Below, one piece after another: positions 37,480-49,105 of a stretch of DNA of 64,000 nucleotides. Every line of letters begins with the position of its first letter. Positions within the stretch are counted from its first letter, which is position 1. The position numbers and the translations under genes were made by a program. The stretch comes from the human T2T-CHM13v2.0 reference genome, Homo sapiens. Under the pieces are notes generated by a model that was not told the DNA's origin, ran no database searches, and saw only the letters and a list, made by a program, of their open reading frames with translations. Where the stretch lies: NCBI RefSeq assembly GCF_009914755.1, contig NC_060932.1; one strand, written 5' to 3'.

Positions 37480-38610
37480 AACAGACAGCCTCACTCATTC
37501 TCATGGCTTTAGATTACATGTATAGATTAAACACTCCCAAACTTTAGGGTGATTCTTCAATATCCCAAGTCCACAGGATATTCTCTTGGCTCTAGCTTTG
37601 GTGTATATCCAGAATCTCATTAACTACTCCCACTTCCTCTACCTCCCACTGCTGTAAGCTGCCATCACCATTGGTCCCAACTATCTGAATGCCTCCTACA
37701 TCCTCTCACACCCTAAAACACAGCAGTCTAAATGATCTTTTAAAACTTAAGTCAGATCATAATCACACCTCTGTTCAAAAATCTCGATTCTATTGGTTCT
37801 GTCTCTCTGGAGAACCCTGCCTAATACAGGAGGTGATTAGGTCATGAGGCCTCTGCCCTCATGCATAGAATTAGTGTCCTAATAAAGAGATCATAGAGAG
37901 CTATCTAGCTTCTTCCACCATGTGAGGCTGCACTAGAAGGCACCATCTATGAACCAGGAAGCAGGCCCTTACCAGACACCAAATGTGCCAATGACGTGAT
38001 CTTGGACTTCCCAGCCTCCAGAACTGTGAGAAATAAATTTCTGTTGTTTATAAATTTAAATAATAATAATAAATCTTCATCAGCTTCCTATCTCCCTTAG
38101 AATAAAAGCCACTGTTTTTACTGTAGCTGACAAGACTCACTCACTCCCTTTGAGATGGATCTCCATCCACCCTTTGCACTGACCATTCCACTCTATTCAC
38201 TCTCGCTTCATTGATTTCCTTGAATTTGTCCAGAACCCCCCCAATGCAGGACCTTTGCACATGCTGTTCCTGGCCCAGAATAGTCTTTCCTCAGCTTGCC
38301 CCATGGATGTTCTTTTCCACTGTTTTATTCAGATCTTGGCTCAAATGGCAACTGATCAGAGAGGCTTTTGCTGATGATCTCTAACAAAGGACCACTGCAT
38401 CACTTTATGTTTCCTTAATGTGGTTCATTTTCTTCTCTTCAGTACTTATCACTACCTAAGATTTATATATTTGCTCTCATCTCCCCACTAAAATGTAAAC
38501 TCTTCAAGATCAGGGACTCAGACTTATTTGTTCACAGTTATGTCCCTGGTGTTAGAATAATACCTAGCACATTGTAAGTAACCCACAAAATATTTTTGAA
38601 TAAAAAAAAT
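37480..38610 (+). mobile_element. L2 LINE 3' portion (interrupted at 37785-38076)
   Basis: CACAGCAGTCTAAATGATCTTTTAAAACTTAAGTCAGATCAT...GGACCTTTGCACATGCTGTTCC...CCCCACTAAAATGTAAACTC...TTTTTGAATAAA. Confidence 0.85.
37785..38070 (+). mobile_element. Composite insert: MLT2 LTR 3' tip (about 37788-37828), MLT1A LTR segment (37829-38055) and an A-rich tail
   Basis: CTATTGGTTCTGTCTCTCTGGAGAACCCTGCCTAATACA is the MLT2 terminus; GGAGGTGATTAGGTCATGAGG...CAGCCTCCAGAACTGTGAGAAATAAATTTCTGTTGTTTATAA is MLT1A; flanked by AAATCT direct repeats. Confidence 0.8.
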
Positions 38611-38719
38611 TTCTGTCTGCAATTCAGGTTTCTACAGTATCAGTAGCTGACCAACTTCAATAACTCACACACATTTCTAATAGTAATTTTTAGGTAATCA
38701 ATGTTTTTAACTGAAAATA

Positions 38720-38950
38720 GCGTCAGTTAAAGTTGGATAGATCTCAGCTGAAAGAATAAGTTTGGCAATTATTTTCTCTGTGGCCTTGGACAAGCTATTT
38801 ACTCCTCTAAATCTTAGTTTTTCCTTTTTAAAGTAGGGCCGGGAATACTTGTCTTTCAGTCTTATTTTGAGGATTACAACAAATATCTCACATAAATTCC
38901 CTGTATGATGACTACCATATATTAGGTACTTGGTCGCCAATGTTATTCAT
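38720..38950 (+). mobile_element. MIR SINE
   Basis: CTGTGGCCTTGGACAAGCTATTTACTCCTCTAAATCTTAGTTTTTCC. Confidence 0.7.
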
Positions 38951-41300
38951 CAATCTTTTATTAAAAGCCACTTTATGACAGGTGTCATACTAGACTCTGG
39001 AGATATGAACTCCATGAGATGTAAAATTAAAAAAGAAAAAAAGGTAGGTTAGTAAGGGGAGGAGATAGAAAGTGAGAGGATGCAAACATAATTACATGTG
39101 AGCTCAAAATGTTAATGTACTATGAGGACATATTATTACAATAATGTCACAATGCAGGGAAAGTCCAGTGATAACGGGGGTTACGATGGGCTCAGCACAC
39201 ATTTCATTAAGGAAATAATCCTTGAATGAACCCTAAAGGATGCATTGCATTTAGCAGGCAGAAAATAGTGAAGAGAGTGTGGGGCAGATAAATCAGTAAG
39301 CAAAGTCTCCTAGGAGTAAATAGGAAGTGACATCTAGGAAACGACAAGCAGTTTGGCATGGCTGAGCATAATATCCAAGGGATTTTGTGGAACAGTAAAG
39401 TCCAGATTTAGATGAAGGGCTTTCAACGCTATATAAAGTAGGTTTAAATTTCTTCTCTTAAGCAGGTATAGAGGGTGAATCGCAGCCCCCAAAGTGGTTT
39501 GACCATGTCCTAACTCCAAGGACACGTGATTATTTGAGAAAAGGATCATTGCAGATGTAATTAAATCAAGGATATTTATATGAAGAGATCATCCTGGATT
39601 ATCCAGGTGGGCCCTAAATCCAATAACAAGGGTCCTTATAAAAGACAGACATAAGAGATTTGACAGGCAGAAGAGGAGAAGGCTATGTGGGCACGGAAAC
39701 AGAGACTGGAGTGATGCAACGAACATCTGCAGCCACCAACCACTGGAGGAGGCCAAACAGGTCTTCCTCTAAAGACTGCAGGGACCTTGGTCCTGATGTC
39801 ACCTTGGCTTTAGCCTGCTGACCTCCAGAATACTGAGGGAATACATTACTGTTCTTTTAAGCCACCAAGTTTGTGCTAATTTGTCGCACTGTCTCAGGAA
39901 ACACATACAGCAGAAATTGAGGACCCTTTTCTGTCAACTGGATCTGTAAGCAGGGAAATTCTAAGGAGATCTCTGAAGATATGTGAGAAATGGATCCAAG
40001 AGTAACAGGTCTGGAAGAGCATTTATTTAATGACTCCAGACTATAAATTATGGGATATTAAACAGAGTAACCTTTGCTATGGACCTGAGGGTGCCGGGGT
40101 AGGGGCTGGCAGACACTTGAGATGCCTGAGGTATAGAAGCTATTGGATGTATTAAATCACTTGGGAAAATAAAGAAAAAAATGTTAAAAAATGATTACCT
40201 ACATCTAGCTAACCTGCCTCACTGGAAGTTTATGCCATTCACTGGGAGAGGGGCTCAGGAGGAATCAGCATCCTGCCTCTGAATTGCCCCTGGACATCCA
40301 GGTGGAGAGAGTGACAGACAACTGGAGATAAAGGTTTTGCACTCAGTAAAGATCTAGCATGTTTTGTAGATGTTGTTGGTGTTGTTTGGGACTTACCAGA
40401 TGTGATGCTTGTCTTTGACTTACCAGAGTATAGGTGGTAGATGAAGCTTAGGGATAAAATAAAATTGTTCTGAGAAAATGTATAATACAAGATAGAGAGT
40501 AAAGACAAAACTCTAGAGAGCATTAAGACTTGAGCAGGCATAGGAGTGTGTAATGAAGATGGAAAAGAAGTAAGCAAGAGAGACTGAGAGTCATGGAGAA
40601 ATAATTGAGATGGATGTCAAGAGAAGAGGGGTTGGTTGGTGGTGTTGAGTACTGCACAGAAATTAAGAACAAATGAAGAGTGGCTTGGATTTAGCCATTA
40701 GGTGTACATTAGAGTGATACTAGAGATATTTTCTAGAGCAGTTTTTATGGTGTGGTAGGCAATGGGGCCAGGTTGCATGGAGGTAATTTGTGGAAGGAAA
40801 TATGAAGATCTACAGAATATTGTTTAAGGGGCATAATCATGAAGATAAATAGGACATTAATTAAAGAAAATGCATGGCAGTGGAGGGATGTTATATATAT
40901 ATGTATGTAAGAGGGGAGATATTTGAGAATGTTTGTACACAGCAGAGAAGGACCCAGGAGGATCCAGTAAAGAGAGAGAAGATAAATACAGAGGGGAGAA
41001 GTGAAATAAATGATATGATAGATCTGGAGAGATATGAGAAGAAAATGGATTTAAAAGCCCAGAGAGGAGTTATATCAATTAGAGGGACACACTTTTCTAT
41101 GGAAATGAAGAGGAAATAAGACTGGGTACAGATTATATCTATGTAAGCAAGGAGAGGAAAAGAAAGGCACTTGCCTCCTTAGAGCCCACTTTTCTCTTTC
41201 TAAAGTACAAACAAATGCTTATGTTGGGATGGGAGCAGTGATTGGGAGCAGTAACAATACCCTTGAGAAAAGGGATAAAGATTTAGAATTGTCACGAAGG
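38950..41300 (-). mobile_element. Long degraded L2 LINE (interrupted by MLT1)
   Basis: Purine-rich antisense L2 motifs, e.g. GGACATCCAGGTGGAGAGAGTGACAGACAACTGG and TTGGATTTAGCCATTAGG...GAGCAGTTTTTATGGTGTGGTAGG; boundaries approximate. Confidence 0.7.
39467..39909 (+). mobile_element. MLT1C/D MaLR solo LTR
   Basis: TTGCAGATGTAATTAA...GAGATCATCCTGGATTATCCAGGTGGGCCCTAAATCCAAT...TTTTAAGCCACCAAGTTTGTG...ATACA; TSD GCAGG/GCAGA. Confidence 0.9.
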
Positions 41301-41634
41301 AAGCCAAGCAAAGACTAAGTCAATTTCTCTTCGCCTTTGTTGAAGTTTTCTCATCTATAAACCATCTCTCTGTCAATTCATCTCAATTCAAGATCTGACT
41401 CAAGAACTGCTTCTCTCTTATTGCCTTCTCTTATAGAACTAGATTCTCTGCTTCCAAACTATGCATGTCTACACATTAGACTGTATATCATATTTCAGTT
41501 TACAAGTTTTATTTCTTTCATATTTGTTAATTTGTTCCAAAGATTAGAATCTTGTCTTATACCCATTTTTATTCCTCTAGTGGCTCACAAATAGTGCTGA
41601 AGCAATGATTTAGTTAATGTATCAGTGCCCGATG

Positions 41635-41764
41635 TAGACTGTCCACATGTCTGTTTGCTAGGGATAGTTCTGGTTTATGTGTCTAGTATTAATGTAATTA
41701 TTAATAGCACTTTTTCACTTTCAAAATTGTCCCAGCTTGGATAAGAATTTGTAATATTAATCTT
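41635..41764. mobile_element. MER94 (hAT-Blackjack) MITE
   Basis: TTTGCTAGGGATAGTTCTGGTTTATG...GTAATTATTAATAGCACTTTTTCACTTTCAAAATTGTCCCAGCTTGGA. Confidence 0.75.
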
Positions 41765-41900
41765 CCCCAGCCTCCACTGTCCTAGCTTCTACCTCCTGTC
41801 TTGTAGGTAAATACCCAAGGGAACTGGTTATTTACAACACCTAAGGAAATTTACCTACAAGAGAGGAGGTAGATGCTAGGACAGTAGAGGCTGGGGGAGA
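41761..41900. repeat. Inverted repeat: 48-bp arms (41765-41812 / 41849-41896), 36-nt spacer
   Basis: Arms pair at 45 of 48 positions by manual reverse complementation. Confidence 0.95.
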
Positions 41901-42399
41901 GTAGTGTTAACAAGAGAAAGGCCTGGTAGTCGAAGGGGACTTGGTCAAGGTGGCATTAAGCTTCTTCTGAAGCCTACAGGATTATAAGATCCAAGTTCTG
42001 CTCTTAGCCATCAGTTCCAGAGTAGTTAGAGAGTCTGTGGATAACTTTACAATAAACTACAATAACAGGACTACAGGTTCTTTCACGCAGTGGAAGAACC
42101 CAACCAGTGGAAGAAAAATCAAAGCAGAAAAGTAAACCCAATAACAAAATACATACTCTTGTTTCGCATCCTGTCTCCTCACTCTCTGCACTCCTTACTC
42201 CAGCTTAGTCAAGTCCACTTCCTCAAGCTCTGTTAATGGAATTTTATTTCTTTTCCTGAGAAGAGAGAGGAAAATTTCCGATTTTGTGACTTAGGTTAAT
42301 ATAAAGACAATAACTAACATTATCCCTTAGAACACATGGCTGAGGAGATGAACTATAATCTATTGACCCAAATACTAATGTGTGTATATGTGTATGTAC

Positions 42400-42580
42400 A
42401 TTCTACTACTTAATACAATAAAAACCTTGAGTTTAGTAGCATGATCTGCAGTAGGATGCAAAAGAGGAATCAAGATTCAGAGATATTGAGTCAACATTCA
42501 AAGATATCCAGCTTCTTAGTAATGAAATAAGATTTAAGCCAAGATTCATAGACTCTCAAGCCCGTCCCTTTCAAATACAA
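42400..42580 (-). mobile_element. MIR SINE
   Basis: GAGGAATCAAGATTCAGAGATATTGAGTCAACATTCAAAGATATCCAGCT...GATTTAAGCCAAG. Confidence 0.6.
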
Positions 42581-44696
42581 AGGCCTTACTTAGGAAACTC
42601 AGCTGTATTCCATTAAGGATCTGTAATATCAAAATGAATTGTCACCATACTTCCCTTGGACTTGTCCATATTGATAAATTTTGCCACTGCCATTTGCAGA
42701 CACTCTATGCTATAATACAGTAGAATGAAGAAGTAATTTCAAAGCAGTTGAGATAACTGTGGTATGAACAAAGACTGCACCAATCCTTGTAGAGCAGTGG
42801 TTTCTGTTTGTTTGTTTTGTTTTGTTTTGCTTGATTATGGACACTATGAATTATGGACACTATGAAGAGTGTGACAGGTTTCTGGCAAAGCATCTCTCTC
42901 CCTTTTCACACATGGATCTCCTTAGATTCCAAGGCACGGTATAATTAACAACACCAAGTCACTCACTATAAACATGAAAAAAACGCACTTGGAATAAATG
43001 AAGTTGTTCAACATCTTTTAAATATAAAAGTAAAAGGGATAAATCTTGGACATACATTAGGCATGTTTATGCATTATTGACAAACAAAATTTATTTGGGA
43101 GTGACATGAATTCACCAATGAACATTATTTTTTCATGGAGCATTCTTTAGCTTAAGGTATACAGAAAGAGTCCATTTTCCCCCTCGTGCTAATGTTGAAA
43201 GCTGTGGCAGTGACACCACAATAATGCCCATCATTGTGATGTATAATACAGACGTTATTGCACATAATAGAAAGCATTCTTTGAGTGTGATGCACTTTTG
43301 TTGCCTACATGCTGACACCAAGCAGATATAAATGTGCTTTAATGTGTTTCCTTTGAAAGGGCTAGTGTAGACGCATCCTCCAGTATAGGCTTTGTATAAG
43401 GTTTGGTGAGCAGCTCGCTTTTAGTAGCTGCTTTCTATATTCACTTTAGCACCCCTAATAGCTCTAATTATAAACTACACAGTTTTCTATTCCTTGCTGT
43501 TCTTTGTCATTGCACTGCTCATAGACATTTAAACAGTAGAAGCTGTTTATAGTACATTAAACATTTTAAGCTGTTGTTCTAAAGTTTTATACTTTCGGTA
43601 ATTTCCAAGTTGTCTCTCTCTGCTGTCGTGTGAAACCATGTAACACAATTCAATAGAAAACATCAGATATGTACATTTTTTTTGGATAATCAGCAGAGCT
43701 AACAGTCATATATGAATCAGAGAATTTCGGCTATTTTACACTGTTTGTAATGGCATTGGTACAGAATGTTTAGATTTTTTTTAAAAAAACAATTCTCTAT
43801 AATGCTTTGTAAAGTAGTAATGTTGCTTTTTAAATAAAATCAGTAACCAAAAGGAGTATTAACTTATATTATGATATGATAAAGCATAGAAAATGTAACT
43901 GTTGGAAAGCTAAGTATTTCCCTATAGTATCACAGTAGAAGGAGATGGGGTAATTACTCCAATAAATGACCCATTAGGACAGTATCGCAATGTGAAGAAA
44001 GAGAGTTACTGGCATTAAAACTGCCATGGAATGCGCAGGAGACCATAGAGGTGTCAGAAGGAGCCCCGTCTTTGTTTTCTCTTGGATTGGTCTCACTGTG
44101 ACTGTCAGTTCTTGATGCCCTACTGGAAGGGCCCTGTGTCACCCACTGTGTGATAAGACTACAATAATTTAGCATTTTCTCCCAAAAGCATTATAGAATC
44201 TTTCTGTGAAAAATGGAAATGAGAGGTTATGGATTTAGTCTTTGCTGTTCAAACCAGTGAAAAATCACCCCCCATCATATTAATTTATAAGTAAAAGCCC
44301 ACTTACACCATCACATTGAGCATGCTTAGGACACACGGTTTTGTATTAGAGACAAAAATGACTTACCAAGAACCAGATTTAAAATAGGAAGAATGTTGCA
44401 AAGGGAAGGTAGCCTTTAGATTAACATTGAATTTCCTAACAGTGATTGATTCAAGAGCTTGGAGTGATGACTTCTACCCTAGGATGAACCCATCTGACTT
44501 TCTAGGGGTGTCTAAGTTGCAGCTGTGCAGGTGACCTGCAGTAAGGAGGGCACTCTCAAGATCTACTCCAGCAATTGTTTGAAAAATCATGAGAATGGAG
44601 TCTATTTTCTTCCCATCCTCCATCTGTGCGATATTACTCCCTCTTGCTTTTTTTTTCACATTTTTTTCTCATTATTATGAGATTAAAATGACCCCA

Positions 44697-44822
44697 GCCA
44701 GGTATGGTAGCACAAACATGTGTGATCCCAGCTACTCGGGAGGCTGAAGTGGGAGGATGGCTTGAGCCCAGGAGTTTGAGGCCAGCCTGAGCAACATCTT
44801 GAGACCTGTGTCTTAAAAAAAC
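44697..44822 (+). mobile_element. Free Alu monomer (FLAM)
   Basis: GCCAGGTATGGTAGC...CCCAGCTACTCGGGAGGCTGAAGTGGGAGGATGGCTTGAGCCCAGGAGTTTGAGGCCAGCCTGAGCAAC plus an A tail. Confidence 0.9.
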
Positions 44823-45509
44823 ACCCATAGAATCAATAAATAAATAGGAAGTCTTATTATGAAAAATTATATGCACATGTACTACAAAATAGCAATTCTC
44901 AGTTCACAGATTGGACCTTGTGAACTCTGAGATTTCTGATCCTATATTTATAGTTGGTGACAAATCGTACACTCCTTGTGAGCATTGCTTTCCTTGATTT
45001 TAATTCATGTTAATATGTACTTAACGACACAATTTGCTGACATCATGTGTATGCTGATTGCATCTATGGGATGATGACCCAAAGCTAAAAAAATTATATT
45101 AAAAATCACCATAAGATATAATTTTCAAGAATATTTTTTTCCTCAGGAAGTCAAACTATATTTCTGCATCTGTCATTTACATTTCTGTATAAAATCTTAT
45201 AAATTTCTCTCAGTATCTCTATTTTTAGAATGGGAAAATTATATCTAACCCACAGCAATAATATGAAGTCAAACGAGTATCTTTTTAAAGAATGAATGCA
45301 ATTTGTAAACTATAAAATACTATATAAATATCTGAAATACTATAAAAAATACTATTATAATTCCCCAAATTAGTAAAAATCCCCATTGTGCTAAAAAGTT
45401 AGTATCAGACATAACCTTAGCAAAATAAGTTGAAAAGAAACAGTGAGAAGAAACACACAAGACTGGTTATAAGGATTAAACAAAAATTGGGGGTGAAAAT
45501 TTACTTCTT

Positions 45510-45700
45510 GACTTCTAGCATACCATAACATTTACTTATTTTTTATGTTTTATTGTTTACCTTCTCCTTTCGCCTACTAGAATGTAATCTCTATTAGAGG
45601 AGACATCTTTGTCTATTTTACTTGCTGATACATTACAAGAGCCTGAAAGAATGCCCAGTACATATGAAGTGCTCAGTAAATATCTGCTGAATAACAAGTA
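45510..45700 (+). mobile_element. L2 3' end
   Basis: CTACTAGAATGTAATCTC...GTGCTCAGTAAATATCTGCTGAATAA. Confidence 0.75.
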
Positions 45701-46089
45701 GATGGTACCCAGAACTGTATTCTCCATGTTTTAAAAGGGTAGAATGTTGTCCATAGAAAAGGCATACCAGAAGAAATGTATAAGAAAAGCCCGGGAGAAC
45801 AGAAAATAAGACAACTCTGTGGGGCATTTTCTCCCAGGGGAAGAGTCCAAATTTAGAGAGATACTAGCAGAGAGTTGAGACCTGTGGCCTGAAAGTCGAG
45901 CAGGATGGAATCTTGGCCATATTATTCTCCAAATTCCAATAATGGACTTCATCCAAGGAGCACTTACTGAACATAGTACCAAGTCCATACTTGAGGATTC
46001 CAAGAAAATAATGACTAATAAGCTGTGATGCTAGTCCTTTAGAGGTTCACAACTAATACTCATCCCCATCCAAGAGTTAGTACCCTCCA

Positions 46090-46512
46090 TGTTTGACACA
46101 TATTATAAAGCTCTCACCTGATTATTGCAAAGACCTCCTAATTACCATCCCAGTTTCCACTGCGCCATGCCCCCCACAGTCTATTTTCAAAATAATAGCA
46201 GAAAAGTCAGTGATTTTCATTCTCTTGCTTAAAACCCTTTCATAGATGCACCAGACCTGTTGAAACCTCATGTTTTTTGTATTTGTCTTTTCTTCCGATT
46301 GAAGTGATCTTCCCTGAAATAGTCACATAGCTCCTTCCCTCCTTTTATTCAGTTTTTGGCTCAACTCTCACTTTATCAGAGAAATCTCTGACCACTCTAA
46401 ATAAAATAGCATATCCCACCACACTCTCTGTCTTTATATCCTTATCAGTTTTAATCACTATCATGACTGACACATAGTAGCTGCTCAATAAATATTTGTT
46501 GAATAAATGAAG
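46090..46512 (+). mobile_element. L2 3' portion
   Basis: CTCTCACCTGATTATTGCAAAGACCTCCTAA...GCTCAATAAATATTTGTTGAATAAATGAA. Confidence 0.8.
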
Positions 46513-46599
46513 GTGCTGCTAAAAAAAATGCCAAAATTGAAAATTATTCAGATTGATTAAAGGAAGAATGTGGTCTAGAAAGAGTCCAGTTGTTTGACA

Positions 46600-48370
46600 G
46601 AATGCTAGGAGTGAGAAAGTACAAAGGTAAGGACTATTCGATAAATGGTGTTGAGAGAACTACAAAGTAATTTGGAAAAACAGTATTGAAACTGACACTT
46701 CACAGTGGGTCATTTGCCATTCTTGGCATCAAGTAATGGAAACCACTCTGTGGTTTAATGGAAGGATATTGGTGATCATAATCAATAGGAAGCAATGATA
46801 GCAATAAGTGAATGGGAAGGGGTCAGGGCCTTCTGAGAAACTCTGCCATGCAGTAGGAGGCAGAGAAACACAAGTTCACTGAGCACAACACCCAATCACT
46901 CCAACCGTTTATTCCTGACCTTGAATATTCCATAGTAATAAGTAAGGCATGATCTTTTCACAAGGAGAGAAAATTACAAATGAATTTACTTTAAAATGAG
47001 ACTTGTGACTATCTCTGGTTAATAAGAATTATGGAGAAATTTTATTTTCTTTAGATTTCTTATATTTAATGTTTAAGCTTTCTATTATAAACATCATTTA
47101 TATAATGAAATATAAATTATAAAAGAAAATTTTCCTATGAAGCAAATTCCCAAGTTTATTATTAGAATTGATATTACTTCTTCTTAAAATATTTTGTAGA
47201 ATTCAGCAGTGAAACCATCAGGCCCTGAGCCTTTCTTTGATGGGAGACTTCTTATTAGGACTTCACTCTTCTTACTCATTGGTTTTCTTAGTTTATTTAC
47301 TTTATTAGTTTACTTTATTTTCTTACTTTATTATTAGCATGTTGTGAAAGATGTGGCTCATTATTTCACTATTTTCTCTTTGAGCACTCCTAGAAGAAAA
47401 TATATTCTTACTTTAGTAGCCCACAAAAAGTTGTAATTTGAGCATTTTGTTCGATTTTTTTTTCTCAAAGACACTGGCCTTAAGTATGAGCTACCAAGAG
47501 CCTTGGGCTTTACTATCATAGTGAAACACTGGAAACAGCATAAATATAAAAAATAGAGGGCTGGTTAAGCCAATAATATGCCCGTAGCATACATACATGT
47601 AAACATGTTTGTACGTACAAAGAAAGAGATCCAGTGCCCATACAACAAGCCATTAGGAACATCTTCCCATGTATAGTGTGGGCTGTCACAACAGCAGGGC
47701 ATTTCTTTATTAGATGAATATTTTACAATGAACATGCACTTTTTAATTACAAATTTTATAAATGAAAATAAAATCAGATAACATACACAAAAATGTAAAG
47801 AAATGCAAAGATATTCACAATACTTTAAATTCAAAAGTTTCAAAACAGTTTATACTGCAAAACATCATTCACAGATATCAAGCAAAGCTTATATGAAAGT
47901 AGCTCAAATTAGGGACAATGGTTATCTCTGACTGGCATGATTCTAAAGGAATTTTATTTTTTTATTTCTTTCCATGTGTTTAATAAACATACTTCAATGA
48001 CTGCATATTTAAAACAACCTTTCTCTAAATGAATAAAATTATAAAAAATATAAATTTTTGTCATTCTAAAAATATAAAAATTAAAATGCATAAAACTAGG
48101 AAAGTTTTATTACATAAAGAGCTCATTAAATATAAAAAGCATTCAAAGATCTCAACAGATAAACAGTCAAATACCACAAACACAATCCCTTTTGAGGACA
48201 AATAAATAGGGATAACATACGGAAATAAATATTCATCTTTAATGAACAAAATGCAAATTAAAATGAGGCAACTTTTATAGATTTAAGCAGCTAAAAATAT
48301 AAATGATCATACCCAGTACTTTTGAAAGAACAGTAAAACTGAAACTCTCAGGTATTTCTGTCTGCATTCA
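46600..48370. mobile_element. Patchwork of degraded L1M fragments (mostly + strand; - strand piece at about 47185-47285)
   Basis: GACTATTCGATAAATGGTGTTGAGAGAACT; TGTAGAATTCAGCAGTGAAACCATCAGGCCCTG; CAATGGTTATCTCTG; AAATGCAAATTAAAATGAG. Confidence 0.55.
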
Positions 48371-48384
48371 TTCATTGAATGGGC

Positions 48385-48612
48385 ATTTGTGCAGAGCCCA
48401 GACTCTGGAGACAGAAGAATGCTCTGGTGCAAATCACATCCCACCACTTTATTTTGTGCACCCCAGGGATATGGCTTAATCTCTTCTAAGCTGTGAAATA
48501 GGGATAATAATAGTATCTCTTGATATTTCCTATTGAGATGATTTAATGTGTCAGTTCCCATGCATCTTTTAGAATAGTAAACATTCAATAAATATTAACT
48601 ATTAATTATTGA
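48385..48612 (+). mobile_element. MIR SINE
   Basis: CAGACTCTGGAGACAGA...CTGTGAAATAGGGATAATAATAGTATCT...ACATTCAATAAATATTAACTATTA. Confidence 0.75.
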
Positions 48613-48617
48613 CTAGC

Positions 48618-49105
48618 TATATCAATGAGGATTTCAACAAGAAACAGATGACACTCACACATTAGCATAATTCAAGGAGAGTTTATTTTCATCTGAATTA
48701 ATCACAAAGGTGTGTGCAGGGTACACGGAATTCCTCAACGTATGGTTGAGGAACCGAGGGCTAACAGTAGGTGGGCTGTTATTGCCCGTAGTCTTGAGGG
48801 ATGACAGATGGGAGAAATTACTGAAATACAGAATAGTTACATAGAAAAGGAATCCGGAGAGAAGTGACTTTCCGTGAAGGGACACGGTCAGCCTGAGATG
48901 ACCCCTTATGTAGGAAACCAGGGCAATATTTGCCCTGACCTCATTTGTTTTTCCTTTTTCTCTTGCCAAGCCTCCCCATTGGCTGAACCTAACTATTAGC
49001 CTGTGCAGAGCCAGTTGATGCAGTCCACGAAATTCAGCCTTCACAGGCAGAAAGCAAGGTGCAAAAGGAAGAAAAATGGATCTGGAGAATACAGAATACA
49101 TCTGG
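48618..49105 (-). mobile_element. LTR33-like (ERVL) solo LTR
   Basis: AAACAGATGACACTCAC...ATAATTCAAGGAGAGTTTA...ACAAAGGTGTGTGCAGG...GCCTCCCCATTGGCTGAACC...TTGATGCAGTCCA. Confidence 0.75.

Noticed and set aside
44474-44659. ORF MKKKARGSNIAQMEDGKKIDSILMIFQ on the minus strand
   Set aside because: Short, non-ATG start, no homology recognised and no supporting splice structure.
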